Part shown: positions 51,451 through 64,000 of the stretch, in pieces | Layout of the letters: the number at the start of each line of letters is the position of its first letter | Numbering within the stretch: the first letter of the stretch is position 1 | Origin: Macrostomum hystrix | Lineage: Eukaryota; Animalia; Platyhelminthes | NCBI GenBank assembly: GCA_950097015.1 | Contig: CATNEN010000026.1 | Span: 868,001 to 932,000, forward strand | Length of the DNA stretch: 64,000 bases | Direction: 5' to 3' | Position numbers and translations under genes: made by a program | Notes under the pieces: generated by a model | Seen by the model: only the letters and a program-made list of their open reading frames with translations | Databases searched by the model: none | Told to the model about the DNA's origin: nothing

Positions 51451-52360
51451 ACTATTGAACGTTAAAGGATTTAAAAAGAGGCAACTCAATTTGCGGGCGC
51501 TCCAAATGCGTTACTCGTTATTACACCTAAATGATATGCTGTGTCACTCGCTAAGATTCGGCATCGAATGAATGAGCATGACGGGCAGCAGACAGTCGAA
51601 TCTGTTGCAATTAAAATTGCAAATTTATCGTTTGTGAAAATCGTGACAAATAACGAGATTTACTTTAAACAGAAAATTGTCTTTCTGATTATTCAAAGCC
51701 GACAACGTCGCCAAGAAGTGTTGACTAGCAGTCATGGATGGCACTACGTCTATTTTCGTCAGCAAACCGGCTCCCGACTCGCCTCACTTACTAAAGGAAC
51801 TTTCTTCATCCGATGACTGCGGTCCGTCGATTCTCCGCGTATCTAAAAATAGCTTTTGCCAATTATGTTCTTCAGCCAATAGCAGCGATGCAGGGTGGTT
51901 TCCCGATTCTGCCGAGTGTCTAAAAATAGCACAAACATAAACTTCTGACCATAGATACTAAAATAACCATAGTTTTTATATCTAGAGGCTAGAGTCACTC
52001 TAGCCTGTGACTCAAACCATATAAAAATAACCACGCCTTCTGCCTAAAGCCGGACATACAAAGGTATTCCCCGATTCTTTGAATGTCTAGAAGTAGGATG
52101 TCATTAACAATGAGATCAACGTTAATGAGTTTTTGATTATTTTAACTCTCAGACAATTACGATACTATTTATTTACCAGAGAAGAAACAATGCTAGGTCT
52201 TTGTCTATCTGTCTCCTCAAACGATTTTAGCTTATTTTTCATTTTATTTCATTTTCGCTGGTCAGACTAACTGGCCGTTTTGAGCCACAAAGTGTGGGAT
52301 AGCAGCAGTCATGTAGGTAGAGATTTTCAACGTATTAAGAAGTCCCCTGCACTGAAGTTC

Positions 52361-55300
52361 TCAGCGTCCGTAGCAGCTGATTGGGTGTAGAATACACCGA
52401 TAATCCATGCGCCTCTTTAGCCTCCGATCAAAGCCCACCAGCTGTAGCTCATGCTGCCCCCGTTGCTGCAGATTATCGTTGAATGCGGCGGAGTTCAGCG
52501 CTGTGTCCTCGGTGGCTGCGGCCTCCTGCACTGCTCGCTGAAGGTTGAATAAAATGTCAGAACAATGAGATGTGATGCTGTTGCTGGCCAACCTTTTAGC
52601 CCATACTTGTAGCCTGCTAGTCTAGTTTTAGAGCTTTGTACTTTTAAAAAATTATAACAAATATAATAATAATAAGTACAGTAGTGACACTGGACCCGCA
52701 GCCAGCGAGGAGGCAATTCTGCCCCTTTCGCTGACTCCTGAGCACACACGCACACAGATACTGTACGCAGGCATACGCTCACACAGGTGTGTACATCTGC
52801 CCTAACTTTCTCATACTCAGACAGTGTACACACCCACTGTGCCTTGGAGGTTGGCCCTCAAGGGCGTAAATTTCACGACAAGCCGCCAAGCCTTCTCTCC
52901 GCGGCTGCGCCCCAAATAAATGTGGCCTCGCCGCGGAATCGAGCTCAGGGACCTTGGTGCAGGAGTCAAAGGCGACCTCTTTTGACTGTTTGACTGAATT
53001 CTAACCATGTATAGCATAGCACAAAAGTATAACAAACTTTTGAACAGTAGGGTTCTCAGTGATTGTCTGTGCTTAGAGTCTGATCAATACTTGTCTGAGC
53101 TAATAATCTTCTTTATGCAAAGTTAAAGTTGAGTAAGCAAAAAAGGATTTCCTCTGAGAAAATGATTTCTGCTCAGTAAGAAGGATGAGCGAAGATTCTG
53201 CTCACACAGTAAGATGTAGTGATATTAGGTAGAGTGACAGACAGTGGGATAGAGTGACAGACGGTAGGACAGACGGTAGGACAGACGGTAGGACAGACGG
53301 TAGGACAGAGTGACAGACTGTAGGATAGAGTGACAGACGGTAGGACAGACTGACAGACTGTAGGATAGAGTGACAGACCGTAGGATAGAGTGACAGACGG
53401 TAGGATAGAGTGACAGACGGTAGGACAGAGTGACAGACTGTAGGATAGAGAGACAGACAGTAGGATAGAGTGACAGACGGTAGGACAGAGTGACAGAACG
53501 TAGGATAGAGTGACAGACGGTAGGACAGAGTGACAGAACGTAGGATAGAGTGACAGACTGTAGGATAGAGTGACAGACGGTAGGACAGAGTGACAGACGG
53601 TAGGGCAGAGTGACAAACCATAGGATAGAGTGACAGACCATAGGATAGAGTGACAGACCGTAGGATAGAGTGACAGACGGTAGGACAGAGTGACAGAACA
53701 TAGGATAGAGTGACAGAAAGTAGAATAGAGTGACGGACAGTAGGGTAGAGCAACAGTAGGAGTGAGTTGTCGCCGTAAGAATTTCGCGTGGGTGTGCAGG
53801 GCGGTAATTTTCGAGCAGGTGTGGAGACTCATGAGGCACCAAATAGCAGCCATAAACGGCTAGAGAACATAATAACTGATGGCAGGTGTGATTTGACGTG
53901 GAATTAATGAACGGACAGTTCCAGTGCTAAGGTGATTATCCCGCATCGTCAGTTCGCAGGTCGCAGCTAGCTAAAAACCACTTGGCCCCTTTCGTAGGTC
54001 CTCACAATTTCCCCCGACTAACCATTTAGGAGAAATGGCACTTTACCAAATTCCTAGCTCACACGCTGGGACACTTGACAAGCTCGTTTTATTGCCCGCT
54101 CTCACACACTTCTGCGTTGCATCTGTCTAGGCGTAATTAAAACTTGAGACTGGCTTCAAGCAATTAATGTGCCACCGAGTGCGCATTACTGACTTGGAGT
54201 GACAGGGAGAGACTGGAGAGTGACAGAGAGAGACTGGAGAGTGACTGGAGAGTGACGGAGTGGGAGAATGGAGAGTGACAGAGTGGGAGAATGGAGAGTG
54301 ACAGAGTGGGTGAATGGAGAGTGACAGAGTAGGAGAATAGAGAGTGACAGAGTAAGAGGATGGAGAGTGACAGAGTGGGAGAATGGAGAGTGACAGAGTA
54401 AGAGGATGGAGAGTGACAGAGTAGGAGAATGGAGAGTGACAGAGTAGGAGAATGGAGAGTGACAGAGTGGGAGAATGGAGAGTGACAGAGTAAGAGGATG
54501 GAGAGTGAAAGAGTGGGAGAATGGAGAGTGACAGAGTAAGAGGATGGAGAGTGACAGAGTAGGAGAATAGAGAGTGACAGAGTAGGAGAATGGAGAGTGA
54601 CAGAGTGGGAGAATGGAGAGTGACAGAGTGGGAGAATGGAGAGTGACAGAGTAGGAGAATAGAGAGTGACAGAGTAAGAGGATGGAGAGTGACAGAGTGG
54701 GAGAATGGAGAGTGACAGAGTAAGAGGATGGAGAGTGACAGAGTAGGAGAATAGAGAGTGACAGAGTAGGAGAATGGAGAGTGACAGAGTGGGAGAATGG
54801 AGAGTGACAGAGTAAGAGGATGGAGAGTGACAGAGTGGGAGAATGGAGAGTGACAGAGTAAGAGGATGGAGAGTGACAGAGTAGGAGAATAGAGAGTGAC
54901 AGAGTAGGAGAATGGAGAGTGACAGAGTGGGAGAATGGAGAGTGACAGAGTGGGAGAATGGAGAGTGACAGAGTAGGAGAATGGAGAGTGACAGAGTGGG
55001 AGAATGGAGAGTGACAGAGTGGGAGAATGGAGAGTGACAGAGTGGGAGAATAGAGAGTGACAGAGTAGGAGAATGGAGAGTGACAGAGTGGGAGAATGGA
55101 GAGTGACAGAGTGGGAGAATGGAAATTGACAGAGTGGTAGAATGGAGAGTGACAGAGTAGGAGAATGGAGAGTGACAGAGTGAGAGAATGGAGAGTGACA
55201 GAGTGAGAGAATGGAGAGTGACAGAGTGGGAGAATGGAGATTGACAGAGTGGGAGAATGGAGAGTGACAGAGTAGGAGAATGGAGAGTGGCAGAGTGAGA

Positions 55301-57582
55301 GAATGGAGAGTGACAGAGTGGGAGAATGGAGAGTGACAGAGTGGGAGAATGGAGAGTGACAGAGTAGGAGAATGGAGAGTGACAGAGTGGGAGAATGGAG
55401 AGTGACAGAGTGGGAGAATGGAGAGTGACAGAGTGGGAGAATAGAGAGTGACAGAGTAGGAGAATGGAGAGTGACAGAGTGGGAGAATGGAGAGTGACAG
55501 AGTGGGAGAATGGAAATTGACAGAGTGGGAGAATGGAGAGTGACAGAGTAGGAGAATGGAGAGTGACAGAGTGAGAGAATGGAGAGTGACAGAGTGAGAG
55601 AATGGAGAGTGACAGAGTGGGAGAATGGAGAGTGACAGAGTGGGAGAATGGAGAATGACAGAGTGGGAGAATGGAGAGTGACAGAGTGTGAGAATGGAGA
55701 GTGACAGAGTGGGAGAATGGAGAGTGACAGAGTGGGAGAATGGAGAGTGACAGAGTGGGAGAATGGAGAGTGACAGAGTGGGAGAATGGAGAGTGACAGA
55801 GTGAGAGAATGGAGAGTGACAGAGTGTGAGAATGGAGAGTGACAGAGTGGGAGAATGGAGAATGACAGAGTGGGAGAATGGAGAGTGACAGAGTGGGAGA
55901 ATGGAGAGTGACAGAGTGGGAGAATGGAGAGTGACAGAGTGGGAGAATGGAGAGTGTGTCAGAGACCCCAGTAGATGTGAAGTGAGAGAATCTTGGAGGC
56001 AGGATTAGCTATCTTTATTTAAAGATTTCTTATCCGCACTTCGAGAAATAAAGTGGAAGGCAGCCATAGCAGATTAGAATAAGCTCGGGAGCGGCCTGAA
56101 AAGGTTTGAATAGAGCCTCCGATTCCCAAATCACCTATAAATAACTTTTTCTCTTCCGCGGCTCGAAGCAGATGAGGTTAGCAACGGCAGTGGTAGTCAA
56201 AGGACCTTATCCCAAGCCGACTTCTAGTCTTCCGATTGCAGATTTTTATCCCAAACTGAGCGTCCCAAATAATGAGGAATTATACCGAGCAGAAGAATAA
56301 AAAGAGTCCGCCATCCACATTGGAAGATATTCTCCAGCGGCGAGCCGCCAAGCACCGAGTTGTGTTTTCGTACCGAAATTTCACAGCCAAATACTTCTAA
56401 AACAAACTAACTGATCATTACAGACTGGGCCTAGAAATTTCACAGCCGGATACTTCTGGAACAGACTAACTGATCATTACAGACTGGGCCTAGAAATTTC
56501 ACAACCAAATACTTCTGGAACAAACTAACTGATCATTACAGACTGGGCCTAGAAATTTCACAGCCGGATACTTCTGGAACAGACTAACTGATCATTACAG
56601 ACTGGGCCTAGAAATTTCACAGCCAAATACTTCTGGAACAGACTAACTGATCATTACAGACTGGGCCTAGAAATTTCACAGCCAAATACTTCTGGAACAG
56701 ACTAACTGATCATTACAGACTGGGCCTAGAAATTTCACAGCCGGATACTTCTGGAACAAACTAACTGATCATTACAGACTGGGCCTAGAAATTTCACAGC
56801 CGGATACTTCTGGAACAAACTAACTGATCATTACAGACTGGGCCTAGAAATTTCACAGCCAAATACTTCTGGAACAAACTAACTGATCATTACAGACTGG
56901 GCCTAGAAATTTCACAGCCTGATACTTCTGGAACAGACTAACTGATCATTACAGACTGGGCCTAGATATAGATTTGATCTTTTGAGCAGGGCAACTCAAA
57001 ATGACCATGATCATGACCAAACTCTCATGACTGGTGCTCCACTATGACCAAACTCTCATGACTGGTGCTCCACTATGACCAAACTCTCATGACTGGTGCT
57101 CCACTATGACCAAACTCTCATGACTGGTGCTCCACTATGACCAAACTCTCATGACTGGTGCTCCACTATGACCAAACTCTCATGACTGGTGCTCCACTAT
57201 GACCAAACTCTCATGACTGGTGCTCCACTATGACCAAACTCTCATGACCGTTGCTCTACTATGACCAAACTCTCATGACCGTTGCTCTACTATCAGCAAA
57301 TTCTACACCTGTACACATGTTCAGTCCATGGACTGGAGGGTTTCTATCCATGGGTAATAATTGTACTTGTTACACAGCCGGTTGAAATAAAGCCAGGCGA
57401 AATGAGTGTTTTAATGACACAAATCATTTTTTTATCGTCTCGAAAATAACTACGAGCTTCGCTACATGTTACAATCTCACCCAGTAAGACCGTCGGACTG
57501 CACTCTCCATTGGCCTGGCTTCGCATAGCAACTGTGCCGCGGCTAGCAGGAAGAAAATACTCAACAGGCAGTTGAGTCTCAT
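52361..57582 (-). CDS. Allatostatin-C-like neuropeptide precursor (92 aa); exons 57582-57481 and 52537-52361
   Basis: Exon 1 is MRLNCLLSIFFLLAAAQLLCEA-RPMESAVRRSYW (hydrophobic signal peptide) with donor GTGAGA. Exon 2 follows ttcaaccttcag in the same phase 0 and ends KRR-MDYRCILHPISCY-GR-stop, giving C-X6-C, a PISC motif and a Gly-Arg amidation signal. Confidence 0.82.
52660..52990 (-). mobile_element. tRNA-derived SINE family B
   Basis: On the minus strand reads ...caccaaggtccctgagctcgattccgcggcgaggccacatttatttggggc..., homologous to 45150-45430; (TTA)n-like tail. Confidence 0.78.
53230..53750. repeat. 20-bp minisatellite, same family as 49700-51450
   Basis: gacagacggtaggatagagt variants in the same orientation. 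Confidence 0.94.
54195..55955. repeat. 23-bp minisatellite gagagtgacagagtgggagaatg
   Basis: About 75 tandem copies in the neuropeptide intron. Confidence 0.96.
56380..56970. repeat. 59-bp tandem repeat, ~10 copies
   Basis: agaaatttcacagccggatacttctggaacagactaactgatcattacagactgggcct. Confidence 0.95.
57010..57295. repeat. 31-bp tandem repeat tatgaccaaactctcatgactggtgctccac
   Basis: About 9 copies. Confidence 0.94.
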
Positions 57583-57734
57583 GTTCTGGCGGTGAGTAAA
57601 AATTAAAAATCGTTTTACCTTTCCAATAGACTCATCGTTTCAAATATTACAAACTCCAAATAACATCCCTGGAGATAACTTAACGCCAAGAAATGGAAAA
57701 TAATATCGATAAGACAAGAGAAAGAACGGCATGC

Positions 57735-58650
57735 TTTGTCTATGGACTGGTATGAGATGGAAGTGTCTATGGACTGGTATGAGATGGAATTGTCTGTGGG
57801 CTGGAGTGAGATGGAAGTGTCTATGGACTGGTATGAGATGGAAGTGTCTATGGACTGGTATGAGATGGAAGTGTCTATGGACTGGTATGAGATGGAAGTG
57901 TCTATGGGCTAGAGTGAGATGAAAGTGTCTATGGACTGGTATGAGATGGAAGTGTCTATGGGCTAGAGTGAGATGGAAGTGTCTATGGGCTGGAGTGAGA
58001 TGGAATTGTCTGTGGGCTGGAGTGAGATGGAAGTGTCTATGGGCTGGAGTGAGATGGAAGTGTCTGTGGGCTAGAGTGAGATGGAAGTGTCTATGGGCTG
58101 GAGTGAGATGGAATTGTCTGTGGGCTGGAGTGAGATGGAAGTGTCTATGGGCTGGAGTGAGATGGAATTGTCTGTGGGCTGGAGTGAGATGGAAGTGTCT
58201 ATGGGCTGGAGTGAGATGGAAGTGTCTATGGACTGGTATGAGATGGAAGTGTCTATGGGCTAGAGTGAGATGAAAGTGTCTATGGACTGGTATGAGATGG
58301 AAGTGTCTATGGGCTAGAGTGAGATGGAAGTGTCTATGGGCTGGAGTGAGATGGAAGTGTCTATGTGCTAGAGTGAGATGAAAGTGTCTATGTGCTGGAG
58401 TGAGATGGAAGTGTCTATGGGCTGGAGTGAGATGAAAGTGTCTATGGGCTAGAGTGAGATGGAAGTGTCTATGGGCTAGAGTGAGATGGAAGTGTCTATG
58501 GGCTAGAGTGAGATGGAAGTGTCTGTGGGCTGGAGTGAGATGGAAGTGTCTATGGGCTGGAGTGAGATGGAAGTGTCTATGGGCTAGAGTGAGATGGAAG
58601 TGTCTATGGGCTAGAGTGAGATGGAAGAGTCTGAGATGGATTATGAGATC
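57735..58650. repeat. 27-bp minisatellite gagatggaagtgtctatgggctggagt
   Basis: Tandem copies. Confidence 0.94.
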
Positions 58651-59114
58651 GATGAGTGAGATGAGATGGATTTAAAATTGACATTAAAATAATTAGTCAT
58701 GTAACACGCTCGTATTATCACCTGAAGCCTTCGCGCTGATCCTTTTTTTCTAGATGTTCTCTTAGTCTGGTTGCTGCTGAAAATCTTTCGTCTACGTCTA
58801 TGAATCTGAAATCGAAAACTGGACTGTATTTAGAGGCTTAACTGTGGTAGTTTTTATCTCATAGGGTTTTGTTGCCAGCCAATTGGAGAGGCCGGCTTAT
58901 AGGATGAGCTGCTGTCTGTGTTTTTTAGCAAATGACAGCGAGACTGCCAAGCGGTTTGGGCGCATATTTGCAAAGCACCCGAGATTGGTTGGTGCTCGTC
59001 AACTCACCCTCGGGCAGGTGCGTCGCTAGCATCACATGCATCACTAGCTGAATGCAAGGTAGCAATGGTAATTGTGAAGGTGAACTAAGTACTGAGTTGG
59101 GTGTCTGGATTTTA

Positions 59115-59600
59115 GGGAGGTGGGTGTCAAGGAGAGAGATGGTGTTGAGTTGGAGTGAGGTGGGTGTTAAGTTGGATTGAGATGGATGTCGAGTTGGAAT
59201 GAGGTGGGTGTCAAGTTGGAGTGAGGTGGGTATTAAGTTTGAGTGAGGTGGATGTCAAGTTGGAGTGGGGTCGGTGTCAAGTTGGAGTGAGGTGGGTGTT
59301 AAGTTTGAATGAGGTGGATGTCAAGTTGGAGTGGGGTGGGTATCAAGTTGGAGTGAGGTGGGTGGTAAGTTGAAGTAAGGTGGATGTCAAGTTGGAGTGA
59401 GGTGTGTGTCAAGTTGGAGTGAGGTGGGTATTAAGTTAGAGTAAGGTGGGTGATAAGTTTGAGTGAGGTGGATGTCAAGTTGGAGTGAGGTGGGTATTAA
59501 GTTAGAGTGAGGTGGGTGTTAAGTTTGAATGAGGTGGATGTCAAGTTGGAGTGAGGTGGGTATCAAGTTGGAGTGAGGTGTGTGTCAAATTGAAATCAGG
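59115..59600. repeat. 22-bp degenerate minisatellite caagttggagtgaggtgggtgt
   Basis: Tandem copies. Confidence 0.9.
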
Positions 59601-60779
59601 TCAGTGCAAAGGCTAGAGGGACATGGGTTTCATTGGTGGGATTTCTTATTTTTAGAATTAAGAGTTTTGTGCCCGTGTTTCAGTTGTTGAGTTTGCTTTT
59701 AGCATTTGAGCTCGTAAAATGTGGGCAGCTCAAACGTGAACATTTGTCAGTATGCTCACTGTTGCTTCGAAGCAAAGCTAACGATAAGACTGGATGTTTA
59801 CAATTCTATTCTTATCGTCTCTCAATCACTTTCAATGCAGAAAGCTAAAAATGGATATGCTGTAACGTATACTTGTCTGTCATAATTTGCATGTGTTGGA
59901 TGACTCGATGCGCTAAGGCTTCAATTTCCTAGCCGAACAGCCTCATGTTCTATTTTCACAAGTTTGAAACTATTTTTTTTGTTGGAGGATAAAAAAACTC
60001 CACCTGATGCTCGTAGCATGACCTTGAACTACCTTTCGTCTAAGGCCGCCGACTCATTACTCAGGACAGCCTGGCACAAATTGACGGTGTGGGTGTGCGC
60101 CTGCTGCCACTGGCAATCAAGTGTCAGCAGCCTCGCTCGGTTGTGCTCATCTGCTTGGACAACGCCCGCGGAGATGCCTTTAGTCGCTTGCCGTTATTTC
60201 CTTCTATTCCTTCTCCTATCTCATTACGACGAGCCAACTCACATAATTATAGTGGACATTGTCGCACTGCGGGCCCGGATAGCGTGGGCTATGACCGCCT
60301 GTTATTAGCGCCTAGCAGTCAGCAATACTGCTGTGGGTGGCCGGGGCGTGAGCAGCTAAATAGAAAAGAAATGGATACGGGTGGAGGGGTATATCGCCAC
60401 ACCTGCGTGGGAGGCTGCGCTCGCTGAGCAGATCTACTCGGTTAATAAATCAAATATGAAACGCGAAGCGAATTTGTAAGAGGAAGCGCAATTCGTGATA
60501 AGACTCGGCACGCTAAAAGCAATGTCCATCGGCTTTGCCTTTTGCCCTTCTCCGCGGACACCACCTCAATAATCACAGCTGGAGCATCATAGGTCAGGTG
60601 CAGCTTTACTAATGGAATCGCTTGCTCAGGAAATCTGCTTTATAATTTATAATTAGAGTTTCGCTTACAGCAAGCGGGTGGGAACACAGGTTTATAAGAT
60701 TTTTATTGCGCTGATTTTCATAACAATTTATAGCTATAGGTTTGTGCTCGGAGGGTTGGGAGCGAATAACCTACTTTAG

Positions 60780-62150
60780 ATCGATTGACTGACTATTGTT
60801 TGACTGATGATTTATTGGCTGATGATCGATTGACTGACTATTGTTTGACTGATGATTTATTGGCTGATGATTGATTGGCTGACTATTGATTGACTGATGA
60901 TTTATTGGCTGATGATTTATTGGCTGACTATTGATTGACTGATGATTTATTGGCTGATGATTGATTGACTGACTATTGATTGACTGATGATTTATTGGCT
61001 GATGATTGATTGACTGACTATTGATTGACTGATGATTTATTGGCTGATGATTGATTGACTGACTATTGATTGACTGATGATTTATTGGCTGATGATTGAT
61101 TGACTGACTATTGTTTGACTGATGATTTATTGGCTGATGATTGATTGACTGACTATTGATTGACTGATGATTTATTGGCTGATGATTGATTGGCTGACTA
61201 TTGATTGACTGATGATTTATTGGCTGATGATTTATTGGCTGACCATTGATTGACTGATGATTTATTGGCTGATGATTGATTGACTGACTATTGATTGACT
61301 GATGATTTATTGGCTGATGATTGATTGACTGACTATTGATTGACTGATGATTTATTGGCTGATGATTGATTGACTGACTATTGATTGACTGATGATTTAT
61401 TGGCTGATGATTGATTGACTAACTATTGTTTGACTGATGATTTATTGGCTGATGATTGATTGACTGACTATTGATTGACTGATGATTTATTGGCTGATGA
61501 TTGATTGACTGACTATTGATTGACTGATGATTTATTGGCTGATGATTGATTGACTGACTATTGATTGGCTGATGATCGATTGACTGATGATCGATTAGCG
61601 AAATATCGATTGATTGACTAACTATTGATTGACTGATGATCGATTGACTGATGATCGATTGACTGATGATCGATTGACTGATGTTCGATTGACTGATGAT
61701 TTATTGGCTGATGATTGATTGACTGACTATCGATTGACTGATGATCGATTGGCTGAAGATCGATTGGCTGATGATCGATTGGCTGATGATCGATTGGCTG
61801 ATGATTGATTGACTGATGTTCGATTGACTGATGATTTATTGGCTGATGATTAATTGACTGACTATTGATTGACTGATGATTTATTGGCTGACTATTGATT
61901 GGCTGATGATCGATTGACTGATGATCGATTAGCGAAATATTGATTGATTGACTAACTATTGATTGACTGATGATCGATTGACTGATGTTCAATTGACTGA
62001 TGTTGGATTGACTGATGATCGATTGGCTGATGTTCGATTGACTGATGTTCGATTGACTGATGATCGATTGGCTGAAGATCGATTGACTGATGATCGATTG
62101 GCTGAAAATCGATTAACTGACTATTGGTTGACTGATGATCAATTAACCGA
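60780..62150. repeat. gattgactgat-based minisatellite with higher-order units
   Basis: 12-13-bp subunits, grouped into a ~50-bp higher-order unit in the left half. Confidence 0.93.
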
Positions 62151-62235
62151 GATTTCACATTCCTTGATGACAAATTAACATGACTATTTGATAACGCCCG
62201 ATTATATCGATGATTTAGTTAGAAACAATGATAGA

Positions 62236-62341
62236 TTGTATGGTATGTGGCTGAGTGGAATAATGGCCGAATCACGAGTGCGCTATGCGCTATTCGCACT
62301 CGTGATTCGGCCATTATTCCACTCAGCCACATACCATACAA
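62236..62341. other. Perfect 47-bp inverted repeat with a 12-nt loop
   Basis: ttgtatggtatgtggctgagtggaataatggccgaatcacgagtgcg is followed by ctatgcgctatt and then its exact reverse complement. Confidence 0.92.
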
Positions 62342-63129
62342 GTGCATTGTATGTACACTTTCACTCAGCGCGCAGTCATTATTCCACACTTTTGCGGCCA
62401 TTTTTCCACACTTTTCAAGTGCCATTAATCCAGACTTTGCTCTTGACCATAGACTAAACGTTGCTATTATTATTTCGGTCTGCAGAGGACGGACGGTTTT
62501 TGCCATAGACTACTAGCCGTGAGGCCCCGATTCAGTTGGATTCAATTTCTTGCTCGTAGGTTCTACTAGCTCGAAAAATGCAATAATATAAATTATATCG
62601 TTTCAGTTATATTTTCATCTATGGTTTATTAGTTAAAATCAAGGACAACTTAATAACTCCTTGTCTTAAGTTATTAAGTTGTCCTTGGTTAAAATATACT
62701 GATGGACTCTTTTGTCTATGGAAAGTTCCAAAAGTGTGGAATAATGGCCTAAATGAAATTTCATTGCGTCTGAGGGAAAGTATACATACAATTTTTAAGC
62801 AGGGCTATTTTTCAATCACAGGGAGCTAATTTTACGCAAAATTAAACGTGACATCTACTAGGATATCGATGCATATTTATATATTAAACAACTGAGCCTT
62901 GTTGAACTGATTGCCAATGCGGGCGGGTACAAGCGGATTGCGTTTCCAACAACAATTTTATGTTGCATCCACATTCCCTTATTGGGTACCTTTTATATAT
63001 CAGTTCGTCTTTTTTTTTTGTCTGTTATCCAATATCTAGCTTTGATACACGTCATCATGTTTTCTCCATTTTTTACCGTGTCGCTTTCCCAATGAACTTC
63101 TCGCCCACTCTAAATCTCTCCATCTACTG

Positions 63130-64000
63130 TGACTCTCCCTCACCCACTCTCCCTCTCCCACTCTCCCTCTCCCACTCTCCCTCTCCCACTCTCCCTCTCC
63201 CACTCTCCCTCTCCCACTCTCCCTCACCCAGTCTCCCTCTCCTACTCTCCCTCTCCCACTCTCCCTCTCCCACTCCCACTCTCCCTCTCCCACTCTCCCT
63301 CTCCCACTCTCCCTCTCCCACTCTCCCTCTCCCACTCTCCCTCTCCCACTCTCCCTCTCCCACTCTCCCTCTCCCACTCTCCCTCTCCCACTCTCCCTCT
63401 CCCACTCTCCCTCTCCCACTCTCCCTCTCCCACTCTCCCTCTCCCACTCTCCCTCTCCCACTCTCCCTCTCCCACTCTCCCTCACCCAGTCTCCCTCTCC
63501 CACTCTCCCTCTCCCACTCTCCCTCTCCCACTCTCCCTCTCCCACTCTCCCTCTCCCACTCTCCCTCACCCACTCTCCCTCACCCAGTCTCCCTCTCCCA
63601 CTCTCCCTCTCCCACTCTCCCTCTCCCACTCTCCCTCACCCAGTCTCCCTCTCCTACTCTCCCTCTCCCACTCTCCCTCTCCCACTCCCACTCTCCCTCT
63701 CCCACTCTCCCTCTCCCACTCTCCCTCTCTCCCACTCTCCCTCTCCCACTCTCCCTCTCCCACTCTCCCTCTCCCACTCTCCCTCTCCCACTCTCCCTCT
63801 CCCACTCTCCCTCTCCCACTCTCCCTCACCCACTCTCCCTCACCCAGTCTCCCTCTCCCACTCTCCCTCTCCCACTCTCCCTCTCCCACTCTCCCTCACC
63901 CAGTCTCCCTCTCCTACTCTCCCTCTCCCACTCTCCCTCTCCCACTCCCACTCTCCCTCTCCCACTCTCCCTCTCCCACTCTCCCTCTCCCACTCTCCCT
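63130..64000. repeat. 14-bp C/T-rich minisatellite ctcccactctccct, runs off the window end
   Basis: Tandem copies. Confidence 0.96.

Noticed and set aside
59964-60427. Overlapping GC-rich ORFs
   Set aside because: No recognisable product. On the minus strand the segment after a good acceptor has stops in all frames, so at most it is a non-coding exon; unsupported.

Overview
Eukaryotic (animal) genomic DNA, not prokaryotic. GC-rich exons with GT-AG introns are separated by AT-rich DNA and about 35 different minisatellite arrays; this style suggests a flatworm such as Macrostomum (inference, not proven). I reconstructed the following genes by hand from splice phases. (1) The last exon of a URB2/Npa2-like ribosome biogenesis gene (+). 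(2) A complete 3-exon S-formylglutathione hydrolase/esterase D (+). (3) An Ig I-set repeat gene of the obscurin/UNC-89/titin type (-). (4) A 5-exon PDZ-DH-PH RhoGEF-like gene (-). (5) A 7-exon uncharacterised gene (+). (6) A 2-exon, 92-aa secreted neuropeptide precursor ending KRR-MDYRCILHPISCY-GR, an allatostatin-C/somatostatin-type peptide (-) whose signal-peptide exon is absent from the ORF track. Mobile DNA comprises two tandem Helitrons (one carrying a PIF1 helicase fragment, a nested hAT-like MITE and a retro-insertion inside that), a decayed DD34D mariner and several tRNA-derived SINEs. Most long ORFs in the supplied track are translations of minisatellites and are not genes.
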